Shown: positions 8,478 to 18,900 of the stretch, one piece after another
Position numbering within the stretch: the stretch's first letter is position 1
Layout: each line of letters starts with the position of its first letter
Source: Steroidobacteraceae bacterium
Lineage (GTDB): Bacteria > Pseudomonadota > Gammaproteobacteria > Steroidobacterales > Steroidobacteraceae
Direction: 5' to 3'
Assembly: GCA_035523985.1 (NCBI GenBank)
Contig: DATKPR010000093.1
Location: forward strand, 50,044-114,043
Length of the DNA: 64,000 bases
Notes under the pieces: generated by a model
Databases searched by the model: none
Told to the model about the DNA's origin: nothing
What the model saw: only the letters and a program-made list of their open reading frames with translations
Translations under genes and position numbers: made by a program

Positions 8478-10318
8478 GGCGAATCCGGCTCACGATGGCG
8501 CAGGCGCTGGTGCGGGCGCTGGCGGCCCAATGGACCGAGTACGGCGGCGAGCGCACGCGGCTGTTCGCGGGTGTCTGGGCGATTTTCGGTCACGGCAACG
8601 TGGCGGCGCTCGGTGAAGCCCTCTATGCCGCGCGCGAGGTCCTGCCGACACTGCGCGCCCACAACGAGCAGGCGATGGGCCACGCCGCGATCGCCTACGC
8701 CAAGGCCTCGCGGCGGCGGCGCATGATGGCCTGCACCACTTCGATCGGCCCCGGCGCCACCAATCTCGCGACCGCCGCCGCGGTCGCGCACGTCAACCGC
8801 CTGCCGGTGCTGCTGCTGCCGGGGGACGTGTTCGCGAGCCGCACGCCCGACCCGGTGCTGCAGCAGCTCGAGGACTTCGGCGACGGCCTGGTGACCGCCA
8901 ACGACTGTCTGCGCCCGGTGTCGCGCTACTTCGACCGCCTCACGCGCCCGGAGCAGCTGCTGAAGGCGCTGCCGCGCGCGCTCGAGGTGCTGACCGACCC
9001 GGCGCTGTGCGGGCCGGTGACGCTCGCGCTGTGCCAGGACGTCCAGGCCCAGGCGTACGACTGGCCGGCGCAGTTCTTCGAGGAGCGCAGCTGGATCCCG
9101 CGCCGTCCGCCGCCCGAGGCGCGCGAGCTCGCCGCCGCGGCCGCGGCGCTCACGGCGGCGCGCACCCCTTTGATCGTCTGCGGGGGTGGGGTGTTGTATG
9201 CGGAAGCGGGCGCGGCGCTACACGCCTTCTGCGACCGGCACGGCGTGCCGTGCGCGGAGACGCAGGCGGGCAAGTCGGCGCTGCCGGGCTCGTACTCCCT
9301 CAACCTGGGCGGCCTCGGCGTGACGGGGACGGCGGCGGCGAATGCGCTCGCCGCGCAGGCGGACCTGATCCTCGCGGTCGGGACGCGGCTGCAGGATTTC
9401 ACCACCGGCTCGGCGAGACTGTTCCGTGCGCCGGGGCGGCGCATCGTGGCGCTCAATGTGCAGCCCTACGATGCGGGCAAGTTCGCAGCGCTGCCACTCA
9501 TCGCCGATGCGCGCGAGGGACTGACGCGCCTCAGCGAGGCGCTCGGCGACTGGCGCGCACCGCGTGAGTGGCGCGCGCGTGCCGCACGCGAGCGCCAGGC
9601 GTGGCTCGCCGCCGCGGCGTCCTTCACCGCCGCACCGACCGGCCCCGGCGGCGCGCGTGCGACGGACGCCCAGGTGATCGGTGCGGTACACAGAGCCGCG
9701 CACGCCAGCGACATCGTCGTCTGCGCCGCGGGCGGGCTGCCCGGCGAACTGCACCGCCACTGGCTCGCCGAGCAGCCGCTCGGCTATCACCTCGAGTATG
9801 GCTATTCGTGCATGGGGTACGAGATCGCCGGCGCGCTCGGGGCGAAGCTGGCGCACCCTGAGCGCGAAGTGATCGTGCTGGTGGGCGATGGCTCCTATCT
9901 CATGCTGAACAGCGAGATCGCGACCGCGGTGCGCATGGGGGTCAAGCTCACCATCGTGCTGCTCGATAACGGCGGCTTCGGCTGCATCGAGCGGCTGCAG
10001 AACGCCACCGGCAACGCGAGCTTCAACAATCTCGCCGCCGCGGGCGGCGCCGCCGGCGTCGACTTCGTCGCCCACGCGGCGAGCCTCGGGGCGCTCGCGA
10101 GCGGCGTCGCGGACATCGCCGCGCTCGAGCGGGCGCTCGCGGGTGCGCGCGGCGCGGCGCGCACCACAGTGCTGGTGATCGCGACCGACCCGGCGGCGAG
10201 CACCGCGGCCGGCGGCAGCTGGTGGGACGTACCGGTCGCCGAGGTCTCCGAGCGCGCCGAGGTGCGCGCCGCCCGCGAGCGGTATCTGGCGGCGCGCGCG
10301 GGCGAGGGGGATGCCTGA
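8450..10318 (+). CDS. iolD: 3D-(3,5/4)-trihydroxycyclohexane-1,2-dione acylhydrolase (ThDP-dependent)
   Basis: IRLTMAQALVRALAAQW N-terminus. ThDP motif: LVGDGSYLMLNSEIATAV. Sits between iolC and iolE. The start is ambiguous (GTG 8450, TTG 8474 overlapping the iolC stop, or ATG 8495). Confidence 0.85.
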   Translation: MAGGEGAALRRIRLTMAQALVRALAAQWTEYGGERTRLFAGVWAIFGHGNVAALGEALYAAREVLPTLRAHNEQAMGHAAIAYAKASRRRRMMACTTSIGPGATNLATAAAVAHVNRLPVLLLPGDVFASRTPDPVLQQLEDFGDGLVTANDCLRPVSRYFDRLTRPEQLLKALPRALEVLTDPALCGPVTLALCQDVQAQAYDWPAQFFEERSWIPRRPPPEARELAAAAAALTAARTPLIVCGGGVLYAEAGAALHAFCDRHGVPCAETQAGKSALPGSYSLNLGGLGVTGTAAANALAAQADLILAVGTRLQDFTTGSARLFRAPGRRIVALNVQPYDAGKFAALPLIADAREGLTRLSEALGDWRAPREWRARAARERQAWLAAAASFTAAPTGPGGARATDAQVIGAVHRAAHASDIVVCAAGGLPGELHRHWLAEQPLGYHLEYGYSCMGYEIAGALGAKLAHPEREVIVLVGDGSYLMLNSEIATAVRMGVKLTIVLLDNGGFGCIERLQNATGNASFNNLAAAGGAAGVDFVAHAASLGALASGVADIAALERALAGARGAARTTVLVIATDPAASTAAGGSWWDVPVAEVSERAEVRAARERYLAARAGEGDA

Positions 10319-11204
10319 AGTGAAGCGCGTACGCTTCGGCGCCAATCCCATCATCTGGTCGAACGACGACCTGCGCGAGCTCGGCGCCGGCACGACGCTC
10401 GAGACCTGTCTCGCTCAGGCGCACGCCATCGGCTTCGAGGGCATGGAGCTCGGCCACAAGTTCCCGCGCGAGCCGCGCGCGCTCGCCGCGGTGCTCGGGC
10501 GGCATCATCTGCAGTGCATATCGGGCTGGTACTCCGCGGAGCTGCTGGTCTGGGGGGCGCGCGAGGAGCTGACGCGGCTCAAGCCGCATCTTGCGCTGCT
10601 GCAGGCGATGGGGTGCGAGGTCCTCGTGTTCGCGGAGGTGACCGGGGCCGTGCACGCGGATGTGAAGCGCCCGCTCGCGGAGCGGCCGGTGCTGACGGCG
10701 CGCGACTGGCGCGAGCTCGGCGCGCGCCTCACCGAGGTCGCCGCGGCCACCGCCGCCGCGGGTGTGCGTCTCGCGTACCATCACCACATGGGGACGGTGG
10801 TGCAGAGCGAGGCGGACATCGATGCGCTGATGCAAGCCACGGGTCCGGAGGTCGGGCTGCTGCTCGACACGGGGCATGCGGCCTTCGCCGGCGCGGATCC
10901 GGCGGCACTCGCGCGCCGCTATGCCGAACGCATCGTGCATCTGCATGCCAAGGACCTGCGCGCCGAGGTGGCCGCCGCGGCCCGCCGCGGCAACTCAAGC
11001 TTCCTCGAGGCGGTGCTGCAGGGGGTGTTCACGGTGCCGGGCGACGGCAGCGTCGATTTCGGCGCGGTGTTCGGCGCACTGCCGGATTATTCGGGCTGGC
11101 TGGTGCTCGAGGCCGAGCAGGACCCCGCCCTTGCCGACCCGGTCACCTACGCGACGCTCGGCTTGAGGACCCTGCGCAGCCTCGTGGCCCGGGCCGGCAC
11201 GTGA
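10311..11204 (+). CDS. iolE: inosose (2-keto-myo-inositol) dehydratase, xylose-isomerase-like TIM barrel
   Basis: VRFGANPIIWSNDDLRELG N-terminal signature, plus operon context. Confidence 0.85.
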   Translation: MPEVKRVRFGANPIIWSNDDLRELGAGTTLETCLAQAHAIGFEGMELGHKFPREPRALAAVLGRHHLQCISGWYSAELLVWGAREELTRLKPHLALLQAMGCEVLVFAEVTGAVHADVKRPLAERPVLTARDWRELGARLTEVAAATAAAGVRLAYHHHMGTVVQSEADIDALMQATGPEVGLLLDTGHAAFAGADPAALARRYAERIVHLHAKDLRAEVAAAARRGNSSFLEAVLQGVFTVPGDGSVDFGAVFGALPDYSGWLVLEAEQDPALADPVTYATLGLRTLRSLVARAGT

Positions 11205-12001
11205 GCGCGAAGCTGCACCTGAAGCCCGATCTGTCCGGCGCGGCGGACGCGGTCCACCGGGTGACGCCCGCGAGCGCCGGCTGGCAGTACCTCGGCTTCG
11301 AGGTGTTCGATCTCGAGGCGCGGCAGAGCCTGGCGCGCACGCTGGCGGACCGCGAGCAGTGCTGCGTGCTCATCGGCGGCCGCGCACACGTGCGGGTGAA
11401 TGGCGAGGACTTCGGCAGCCTCGGCGCGCGCACCGGTCCTTTCGCCGGCAGGCCGTTCGCCCTCTACGTACCTCCGCGCGCGGCTCTCGAGATCACGGCC
11501 GAGACGCCAGTCGAGCTCGCCGTCGGCTCGGCCCCCGCGCAGGGGCGCCACCCCGCGCGGCTCATCCGTCCGGAGGAGGTGCGCAGGGAAGTGCGCGGCA
11601 CGGGCACCAATACCCGCTACGTCTACGACATCCTGCCGGAGTCGGTGCCGGCGGAGCACCTGCTGGTGGTCGAGGTCGTGACCCCCGGCGGCCACTGGTC
11701 GAGCTACCCGCCGCACAAGCACGACAGCGCGCAGCCAGGGGAGAGCCAGCTCGAGGAGACCTACTACCACCGCCTGTCGCGCCCGGGTGGCTTCGGCTTC
11801 CAGCGCGTCTACACCGAGGACGGCACGCTCGATGAGTCGATGGCGATCGGGGACCGCGACCTCGTGCTGGTGCCGCGCGGCTATCATCCGGTGAGCGCGC
11901 CGCACGGCTTCGATCTGTATTACCTCAACGTGATGGCCGGACCCGAGCGGCGCTGGCGCATCAGCCATGCGCGCGGCTTCGAGTTCCTCACACGCGGCTG
12001 A
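11201..12001 (+). CDS. iolB: 5-deoxy-glucuronate isomerase
   Basis: GTG at 11201 overlaps the iolE stop (GTGA). The motif VVEVVTPGGHWSSYPPHKHD is typical of IolB/KduI cupins. The ORF-track start 10514 is an out-of-context extension. Confidence 0.85.
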   Translation: MSAKLHLKPDLSGAADAVHRVTPASAGWQYLGFEVFDLEARQSLARTLADREQCCVLIGGRAHVRVNGEDFGSLGARTGPFAGRPFALYVPPRAALEITAETPVELAVGSAPAQGRHPARLIRPEEVRREVRGTGTNTRYVYDILPESVPAEHLLVVEVVTPGGHWSSYPPHKHDSAQPGESQLEETYYHRLSRPGGFGFQRVYTEDGTLDESMAIGDRDLVLVPRGYHPVSAPHGFDLYYLNVMAGPERRWRISHARGFEFLTRG

Positions 12002-12016
12002 CGGGAGAGGCGCGAG

Positions 12017-13021
12017 ATGCTCGGCATGGCAGTCCTCGGTTGCGGCCGCATCGGGCGCCTGCACGCGCGCAACCTCGCGCAGCATGCGCGCGTGCGGCTC
12101 GCGGCGGTCTACGACGTCGCCCCGCAGGCCGCCGCGCAGTGCGCCGCCGAGCTCGGCGTGCGCGCGGCGGCGAGTCTCGGGGAGATCTGGTCGGATCGCG
12201 CGGTGCGCGGGGTGCTGATCGCGACCTCGACCGACACGCACGTCGCGCTCATCACCGCCGCCGTGAAGGCCGGCAAGGCGGTGCTGTGCGAGAAGCCCGT
12301 CGATCTCGATCTCGAGCGCGCGCGCAGCTGCTGGCGCGAGATCGCGCCCGCGCAGCCTGCCGTCATGCTCGGCTTCAACCGCCGCTTCGATCCCTCGTTT
12401 CGTGCGCTGCGCGAGCGGCTGCACGGCGGGGAGATCGGGCGGCTCGAGCTCGCGCTCATCACCAGCCGCGACCCGCAGCCACCGCCCGCGGGCTATCTCA
12501 GGGTCTCCGGCGGCCTGTTCCGCGACATGACGATCCACGACTTCGACATGGCGCGCTATCTCGCCGGCGACATCGCCGCGGTGCAGGCCGTGGGCGCCAA
12601 CCTGGTCGACCCGGCGATCGGCGCGCTCGGCGACATCGATACCTGCGCGATCACACTGCGCGCCCGCTCGGGGGCGCTCGTGCAGATCAACAACAGCCGC
12701 CGCTCGGTGTACGGCTACGATCAGCGCCTCGAGGTGTTCGGCGCCGGCGGCATGCTGCAGGCGGGCAACCGGCGCGCGACCACGGTCGAGGCCTCGAGCG
12801 CGACACGTACCGCCGCGCGCGACCCGGTGCTCGACTTCTTCATCGAGCGCTACGCCGAAGCCTACCGGGCGGAGCTCGATGCCTTCGTCGCGGCGCTCGA
12901 GGCGGGGCAGCCGGTGAGCCCGGATTTCGCCGACGGCGTCGCGGCGCTCGAGCTCGCGGTCGCGGCGGGCGAGAGCCTCGCCACCGGGCGGACCGTCGAA
13001 ATCGGCGCGGCGCCACGGTGA
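12017..13021 (+). CDS. iolG: inositol 2-dehydrogenase (Gfo/Idh/MocA family)
   Basis: MAVLGCGRIGRLHARNL Rossmann N-terminus, an EKP motif (VLCEKPVDL), and operon context. Confidence 0.8.
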   Translation: MLGMAVLGCGRIGRLHARNLAQHARVRLAAVYDVAPQAAAQCAAELGVRAAASLGEIWSDRAVRGVLIATSTDTHVALITAAVKAGKAVLCEKPVDLDLERARSCWREIAPAQPAVMLGFNRRFDPSFRALRERLHGGEIGRLELALITSRDPQPPPAGYLRVSGGLFRDMTIHDFDMARYLAGDIAAVQAVGANLVDPAIGALGDIDTCAITLRARSGALVQINNSRRSVYGYDQRLEVFGAGGMLQAGNRRATTVEASSATRTAARDPVLDFFIERYAEAYRAELDAFVAALEAGQPVSPDFADGVAALELAVAAGESLATGRTVEIGAAPR

Positions 13022-13047
13022 CGGCCGGGCGTGCGGCGGGCTGGGGG

Positions 13048-14346
13048 ATGGAGGCGCTGCCGCGGATCGCGCGCGCAGCGGGCAGCTATCTTTACGACGA
13101 GGCGGGCCGGCGCTATCTCGACGGCTCCGGCGGTCCGGCCGCTTTCAGCCTCGGTCACGGTAACGCCGAGGTCAACGCCGCGATCGCCGCGCAGCTCGCG
13201 CGCGTGGCGTGCGCGTACCGCTACCTCTTCACGAGCGAGCCGCTCGAGGAGCTCACGCGGCTGCTGCTGTCGCTGTGCGGCAGCGCATACGCGCACGTAC
13301 TCTTGAGCGGCAGCGGCTCGGAGGCGATGGAGTCGGCGCTCAAGGTGGCGCTGCAGTACTGGGACGCGCGCGGATGCGCTCACAAGAAGCACTTCATCGC
13401 CCGTGAGCGCTCCTACCACGGCAACACGCTCGGCGCACTCTCGGTTTCGGGCTTCAGCGAGCGGCGGCGCCCGTTCGAGGGGAGTCTGCTGCAGGTGAGC
13501 TTCGTGTCGGCGGCCAACGACTACCGCGGACTCGGAGGGCTCGCCGGCGCGGCGCTCACCCAGGCGCTCGCGCAGGAGCTCGAGGAGCGCATCCTCGCGG
13601 TCGGGGCCGAGCGCGTGGCGGCGTTCGTCTTCGAGCCGGTGGTCGGGGCGGCGGGCGGCGTGGTGCCGCCTCCGGCGGGCTACGCGCAGGCGGTGCAGGC
13701 GGTGTGTGCGCGCCACGGCGTGCTGCTGATCGCCGACGAAGTGATGTGCGGCGCCGGCCGCTGCGGCAGCTGGCGCGCGCTCGAGGCCGATGGCGTGGTG
13801 CCGGACATCATGGCCGTGGGCAAAGGGCTCGCCGGCGGTTACATCCCGCTCGCGGCGACGGTGGTCGGGCGCGAGGTGGGCGAGCGCATTCTCGCCGCGC
13901 ACGGCGCCTTCCTCACCGGGCACACCTATTCGGGACACACCACCGCCTGCGCGGCGGCGCTCGCCGTACAGCGCATCATCGCGCGCGAGTCGCTGGTGCG
14001 GCGGGTGCACGAGCGCGGGCCGGCGCTGCTCGCGCAGCTGCGTACGGCGCTCGCCGGCTTCGCCGAGGTCGGCGACGTGCGCGGCCGCGGCTATCTCATC
14101 GGTGTCGAGTTCGTGCGCGATCGCGCGACGCGCGCGCCGCTGCCCGCGGAGCGCGGCTTCAGCCAGACCGTGGGGCGTCACGCGTTCGAGGATGGGCTGA
14201 TCGTCTACCCCTGCGCCGGCAATGTCGGCGGTACGGCGGGTGACACGGTCATCGTGGCGCCGCCCTACAACGCGAGCGACGCCGAGCTCGAGGAGCTCAT
14301 CGAGCGGCTGGCGCGCGCCATCGGGCGCAGCGTCGCGCCAGGCTGA
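13048..14346 (+). CDS. PLP-dependent class-III (omega) aminotransferase
   Basis: SFSLGHGNAEVN, LIADEVMCGAGRCG, and the catalytic-Lys context MAVGKGLAGGYIPL. The alternative GTG start at 13018 overlaps the iolG stop (GTGA). Confidence 0.85.
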   Translation: MEALPRIARAAGSYLYDEAGRRYLDGSGGPAAFSLGHGNAEVNAAIAAQLARVACAYRYLFTSEPLEELTRLLLSLCGSAYAHVLLSGSGSEAMESALKVALQYWDARGCAHKKHFIARERSYHGNTLGALSVSGFSERRRPFEGSLLQVSFVSAANDYRGLGGLAGAALTQALAQELEERILAVGAERVAAFVFEPVVGAAGGVVPPPAGYAQAVQAVCARHGVLLIADEVMCGAGRCGSWRALEADGVVPDIMAVGKGLAGGYIPLAATVVGREVGERILAAHGAFLTGHTYSGHTTACAAALAVQRIIARESLVRRVHERGPALLAQLRTALAGFAEVGDVRGRGYLIGVEFVRDRATRAPLPAERGFSQTVGRHAFEDGLIVYPCAGNVGGTAGDTVIVAPPYNASDAELEELIERLARAIGRSVAPG

Positions 14347-14362
14347 AGCGGGCGGCGGCGGC

Positions 14363-15352
14363 TCAGCGGCGCCGCGCGCCGCCGAAGTGCCGGTCCGCGA
14401 CCAGGCACAGGATCTCGAACATCATGGTGGCGCCGACGAGCGCCGTGTTGCCGGTCTGGTCGTAGGGCGGGGCGACCTCGACGACGTCGCCGCCGATGAG
14501 ATCGAGACCGCGCAGGCCGCGCAGCAGCCGCTGTGCCTCGAGGGTCGTGATGCCGCCCACCTCCGGCGTGCCGGTGCCGGGAGCGTAGACCGGATCGAGC
14601 CCGTCGACGTCGAAGGAGATGTAGGTCGGGCCCTCGCCCACCACGCGGCGCGCTGCGGCGATGACCGCCTCGACGCCGAGCTCGGCGAACTCCTCGATGA
14701 AGACCACGCGCATGCCGTGGGACCTGGAGAACTCGATGCCGTCGAGGAAATTCTGGCCGCCGCGGATGCCGATCTGGATGGTGCGGTGCGGGTCGAGCAC
14801 GCCGGCCTCGACCGCGAGGCGAAAGGGCGCGCCGTGGGTGAACTTCGAGCCGTAGAACTCCCCCCAGGTGTCGGTGTGCGCGTCCACGTGCACCATGCCG
14901 ACCGGGCGCTGCGCACCGAGGGCGCGCAGGATGGGGTAGGTGATCGAGTGGTCGCCGCCGGCGCTTACCGGCAGGATGCCGGCGGCCTGGACGTGGCGGT
15001 AGAAGGCCTCGATGTCCTCGTTCTGGCGCTCGAGGTCGTAGCGGTGCGAGAGGCGCACGTCGCCAAGATCGGCGACGCGGCACAGCTCGTACGGGTTGAC
15101 CCCCAATCCCAGGTTGAAGCCGCGCATCAGGCTCGAGGCGTTGCGGATCTCGCGCGGCCCGTGACGGGCGCCGGGGCGGTTGGTGACGCCGAGGTCGGTC
15201 GGCACGCCGATGAGGCCGATGTCGACGCCAGCGAGCGTCGCGGCCAGCGGGGCGCGCATGAAGGTCGCGATGTCGGTGTAGCGCGGCTCCTTCATCGGCT
15301 CATAGGGCGTGCCGTCGCCGGGGGAGCGCTTGCGGTAAGTGTCGGAGCTCAT
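14363..15352 (-). CDS. arginase-family ureohydrolase (agmatinase / guanidino-acid hydrolase type)
   Basis: Mn-site motifs GGDHSITYPILRAL, VHVDAHTDTW, SFDVDGLDPVYAPGTGTPEVGG and GGDVVEVAPPYD. Confidence 0.9.
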   Translation of the reverse strand: MSSDTYRKRSPGDGTPYEPMKEPRYTDIATFMRAPLAATLAGVDIGLIGVPTDLGVTNRPGARHGPREIRNASSLMRGFNLGLGVNPYELCRVADLGDVRLSHRYDLERQNEDIEAFYRHVQAAGILPVSAGGDHSITYPILRALGAQRPVGMVHVDAHTDTWGEFYGSKFTHGAPFRLAVEAGVLDPHRTIQIGIRGGQNFLDGIEFSRSHGMRVVFIEEFAELGVEAVIAAARRVVGEGPTYISFDVDGLDPVYAPGTGTPEVGGITTLEAQRLLRGLRGLDLIGGDVVEVAPPYDQTGNTALVGATMMFEILCLVADRHFGGARRR

Positions 15353-15374
15353 GCGCGCTATCGTGTCGCCGCCC

Positions 15375-16400
15375 TCAGGTGGCCGTCAATCGGCGCCGGC
15401 GCCGGTACTGATCCGCGACCACCGCCGCGACGATGATCGCGCCCTTGACGATCTCCTGGTAGTAGGCGTCGATCCTGAGGAACGTGAAGCCCGAGGTGAC
15501 GACGCCGAGGATCAGCGTACCGATGACGGTGCCGGAGATGCGTCCGACGCCGCCGGAGAGCGAGGCGCCGCCGATCACCGCCGCGGCGATGGCATCGAGC
15601 TCGTACATGAGGCCCATGCCCGCCTGACCGGAAATAGCGCGCGCCGAGGTGAGGACTCCCGCGAGCCCCGACAGCACGCCGGCGATGGCGTACACGAGCA
15701 CCAGGTGCGGTCCGACGCGGATGCCGCAGATGCGCGCCGCTTCACGGTTGGCGCCGATCGCGTAGGTGAGCTTGCCGTAGCGCGTGTAGCGCAGTGCCAC
15801 GTGGAAAACCAGCGCAGTCGCCAGAAAGATCACGACCGGCACCACGCCGCTGCCGAGCGCCGCGAAGGCATCCGTCAGCATGCTGACCGGCTGCCCGCGC
15901 GTGTACCACTTGGCGAAGCCGCGCGCCGTGACCATCACGCCGAGCGTGGCGATGAAGGGCGGGATACCCGTGGCGGCGATGAGGGAGCCGTTGACGAGCC
16001 CGGCGAGCGCGCCGACCGCGAGTCCCGCCAGCACCGGCACCACGACCGGAAGGTCGACCAGCGTCGGGTACACGGGGCGCAAGGCGTCCGAGGACTGGGC
16101 GAGGCTCGCCGCCACCATCGCCGTGAGCGCGACCACGGATCCCGAGGACAGATCGATGCCGCCGGTGATGATCACCTGGGTGACGCCGATCGCGATGATG
16201 CCGATGACCGAGACCTGCAGGATCATCACGATGAGCCGCTGGCCGTTGAAGAGGAAGCTCTGTCCGACCAGCATCCAGCCGAGCAGCTCGAAGGCGAGCG
16301 CGAGCGCGAGCAGCACCAGCAGCATCCCGGCCTCGGGCGGCAGGCGGCGCGCAGCCGCCGGCGCGGTGTTGCGGGCGCTCGGGTCTATGGCCCGGTCCAC
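15375..16400 (-). CDS. sugar ABC transporter permease (ribose/CUT2 type)
   Basis: About 10 hydrophobic segments. The [13 protein letters not shown] motif is typical of RbsC/BPD_transp_2 permeases. Overlaps the upstream ATPase gene by 16 nt. Confidence 0.85.
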   Translation of the reverse strand: MDRAIDPSARNTAPAAARRLPPEAGMLLVLLALALAFELLGWMLVGQSFLFNGQRLIVMILQVSVIGIIAIGVTQVIITGGIDLSSGSVVALTAMVAASLAQSSDALRPVYPTLVDLPVVVPVLAGLAVGALAGLVNGSLIAATGIPPFIATLGVMVTARGFAKWYTRGQPVSMLTDAFAALGSGVVPVVIFLATALVFHVALRYTRYGKLTYAIGANREAARICGIRVGPHLVLVYAIAGVLSGLAGVLTSARAISGQAGMGLMYELDAIAAAVIGGASLSGGVGRISGTVIGTLILGVVTSGFTFLRIDAYYQEIVKGAIIVAAVVADQYRRRRRLTAT

Positions 16401-17902
16401 GCGGCGAGCTCCATGATGGCCACCTGGTCGGCCGCGGCGCGCTCGAGGATGCCGCCGATGCGTCCTTCCCGCATCACCAGGATGCGGTGGCTCATGGCGA
16501 GGATCTCGGGCAGCTCCGAGGAGATCATGAGCACCGCGGCGCCCTCGGCGGCGAGCCGCGCGATGAGCGCGTGGATCTCCGCCTTGGCGGCCACGTCCAC
16601 CCCGCGGGTCGGCTCATCGAGGATCAGGATCCGGGGCCGCCTCAGCAGCCAGCGCCCGAGGAGCACCTTCTGCTGGTTGCCCCCGGAGAGATTCTCGATG
16701 CGCTCATCGAGCCCCGGCGTCTTCACTCGCAGCGCCTGCACCATGCGCTCACAGGCCGCGCGTGCCGCCGCGGCGCGCACGAAGCCGCCGCGCACGAGGT
16801 CCCCGTCGAGCACCGAGATCTCGAGGTTCTCGAGGATGCTCAGGCCGGGGAAGCAGCCGGTATCCTTGCGATCCTCGGTGACGAAGGCGAGACCCAGGGC
16901 GATCGCCGCCTGCGGCGAGTCGAGCGCCACTTCGGTGCCGCCGATCTCGATGGTGCCCGCGGTCCTGCGGGTGAGTCCGAAGAGCGCAGCGGCGAGCTCG
17001 CTGCGTCCCGCGCCGACGAGTCCCGCGACTCCGAGGATCTCGCCCGCATGCAGCTCGAAGCTCACTTGATGGAGCTTACCCGGCACTTCGAGACCGCGAA
17101 CGCGCAGGACGGCGGGCCCGCGGACCGGGGAGGCGGTCGCCGGCAGCGCCGGCAGCTCGCGTCCGACCATCAGACGGATCAGCGCGTCGCGGGAGAGATC
17201 GCCGCTGCGGCCCGTGCCGACGTGGCGTCCGTCGCGCAGCACCGAGATCTCATCGGCGAGAGCGAACAGCTCCTCCATGCGGTGGCTGACGTAGAAGATG
17301 CCGACGCCGCGCGCGCGCAGATCGCGGATCACGCCGAAGAGCCGCTCGGCGTCGCGGTCGGTCAGCGCCGAGGTCGGCTCGTCCATGATGAGGAGCCGCG
17401 ACTCGTAGGACAGCGCACGGGCGATCTCCACCATCTGCCGCAGTGCGATCGGCAGCGCGCCGACCTCGGCTGCGGGGTCGATGTCGATGGCGAGCCCGTC
17501 GAGCAGGGCGCGCGTGCGGCGGTTGAGCTCGCGGTGGTTGACCAGCCCCAGGACGTTGAGGGGCTCGCGGCGGATCCAGATGTTCTCCGCCACGCTCATC
17601 GAGGGCATGAGGTTCAGTTCCTGATGGATCATGGCGACGCCGTGCGCGAGCGCCGCACGCGGGGAGGAGAGACGCACGGCGCGTCCGGCGAGGTGCAGCT
17701 CGCCGCCATCCGGCGCACACACGCCCGCGACGATCTTCATGAGCGTCGACTTGCCGGCGCCGTTCTCCCCTATCAGGCCGTGAACCGTGCCGTGGCGCAG
17801 CTCGAGCGACACATCCTCCAGCGCGGCAACGCCCGGGAAGGACTTGCACACGTGGCGCAGCTCGAGGAGCGGCGCGGGCGCGGCGGCCGCTCCCGCGCTC
17901 AA
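16385..17902 (-). CDS. sugar ABC transporter ATP-binding protein with two ATPase cassettes (RbsA/MglA type)
   Basis: Walker [19 protein letters not shown] signature, and a second cassette. Probable TTG start at 17902 overlaps the binding-protein stop (TTGA). The ORF-track start is 17962. Confidence 0.85.
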   Translation of the reverse strand: MSAGAAAAPAPLLELRHVCKSFPGVAALEDVSLELRHGTVHGLIGENGAGKSTLMKIVAGVCAPDGGELHLAGRAVRLSSPRAALAHGVAMIHQELNLMPSMSVAENIWIRREPLNVLGLVNHRELNRRTRALLDGLAIDIDPAAEVGALPIALRQMVEIARALSYESRLLIMDEPTSALTDRDAERLFGVIRDLRARGVGIFYVSHRMEELFALADEISVLRDGRHVGTGRSGDLSRDALIRLMVGRELPALPATASPVRGPAVLRVRGLEVPGKLHQVSFELHAGEILGVAGLVGAGRSELAAALFGLTRRTAGTIEIGGTEVALDSPQAAIALGLAFVTEDRKDTGCFPGLSILENLEISVLDGDLVRGGFVRAAAARAACERMVQALRVKTPGLDERIENLSGGNQQKVLLGRWLLRRPRILILDEPTRGVDVAAKAEIHALIARLAAEGAAVLMISSELPEILAMSHRILVMREGRIGGILERAAADQVAIMELAAWTGP

Positions 17903-18828
17903 CGCGCCCGCCCCAGGTAGCTCGGGAGGTTCGCGGGCGTCACGAGCTCGAACGGCACCCACACGAAGGCGGGCACCGGCTCGTGGTGCATCAGCTTCAC
18001 GGCGGTGTCGACGGCGCCGCGACCCTGCGCGGCGGCGTTCTGGAACACCGTGACCCGCAGCTCACCGGCCCGCATCGCCACGAGCGCATCGGGCGTCGCA
18101 TCGATGCCGGCGACGATGGTGCTGTCGAGCAGCCGCGCCTGCTTCAGCGCCTGGATGGCGCCGATCGCCATCTCGTCGTCGTTGGCGACCACCGCCCGAG
18201 GCCGCAGGCCCGCGCTCAGCCAGTTGGTCATGAGGTCGGCCGCCGCGGTGCGCTTCCAGTCGGCGGCCTGCTGGTCGAGGACACGGATGCCGTGGCAGGC
18301 CGGCCGGGCGAGCACCTGCTGCACGTCGCGGGTGCGCTGCCGGGCGGACTGATTGGTGAGCTCGCCCATGAGCACGACGATGTCGCCGCGACCGTTCATC
18401 AGCCTGCAGACCTCGGCCATCTCGAGCGTGCCCGACTGCGACTCGTCGGAGCCCACGAACGAGACATGCGGCGGCAGCTGCCGGTCGGCGGGCATGCGGT
18501 TCACGTACACCAGCGGAATTCCCGCCGCTGCCACCAGGCGCGTCATGCGCGGCGTCGCATCGGTGTCGACCGGCGTGACGATGATGGCGTCGACGTGCTG
18601 CGCGATGAAGTTCTGGATCTGGTTGAGCTGGCGGCCGATGTCGTTCTCGGCGTCCTCGAACTGGATCGGGACGCCGAGCTGCCGGGCGCGCTCACGCATG
18701 CTGGCACGCACGCCGGTGAGGAAGTTGTCGTCGAACAGGGCCATCGAGACCCCGACGCTGGCGGCGTGCGCGGCCGCCGGCAGGAGCGCCAGCGCGGCGG
18801 CGAGCAAAGTTGGGATGAGGCGTTGCAT
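17899..18828 (-). CDS. periplasmic sugar/polyol-binding protein (RbsB-like, Peripla_BP_4)
   Basis: Signal peptide [22 protein letters not shown], followed by [20 protein letters not shown] and [16 protein letters not shown], which are typical of the family. Confidence 0.85.
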   Translation of the reverse strand: MQRLIPTLLAAALALLPAAAHAASVGVSMALFDDNFLTGVRASMRERARQLGVPIQFEDAENDIGRQLNQIQNFIAQHVDAIIVTPVDTDATPRMTRLVAAAGIPLVYVNRMPADRQLPPHVSFVGSDESQSGTLEMAEVCRLMNGRGDIVVLMGELTNQSARQRTRDVQQVLARPACHGIRVLDQQAADWKRTAAADLMTNWLSAGLRPRAVVANDDEMAIGAIQALKQARLLDSTIVAGIDATPDALVAMRAGELRVTVFQNAAAQGRGAVDTAVKLMHHEPVPAFVWVPFELVTPANLPSYLGRAR

Positions 18829-18900
18829 GCTGCCATTCTAATGCCGGCGCGGTGCCGGGGTCCTAACCGGGGCGTAGTGAGGTGTGGTAGCGTCCGCCCC

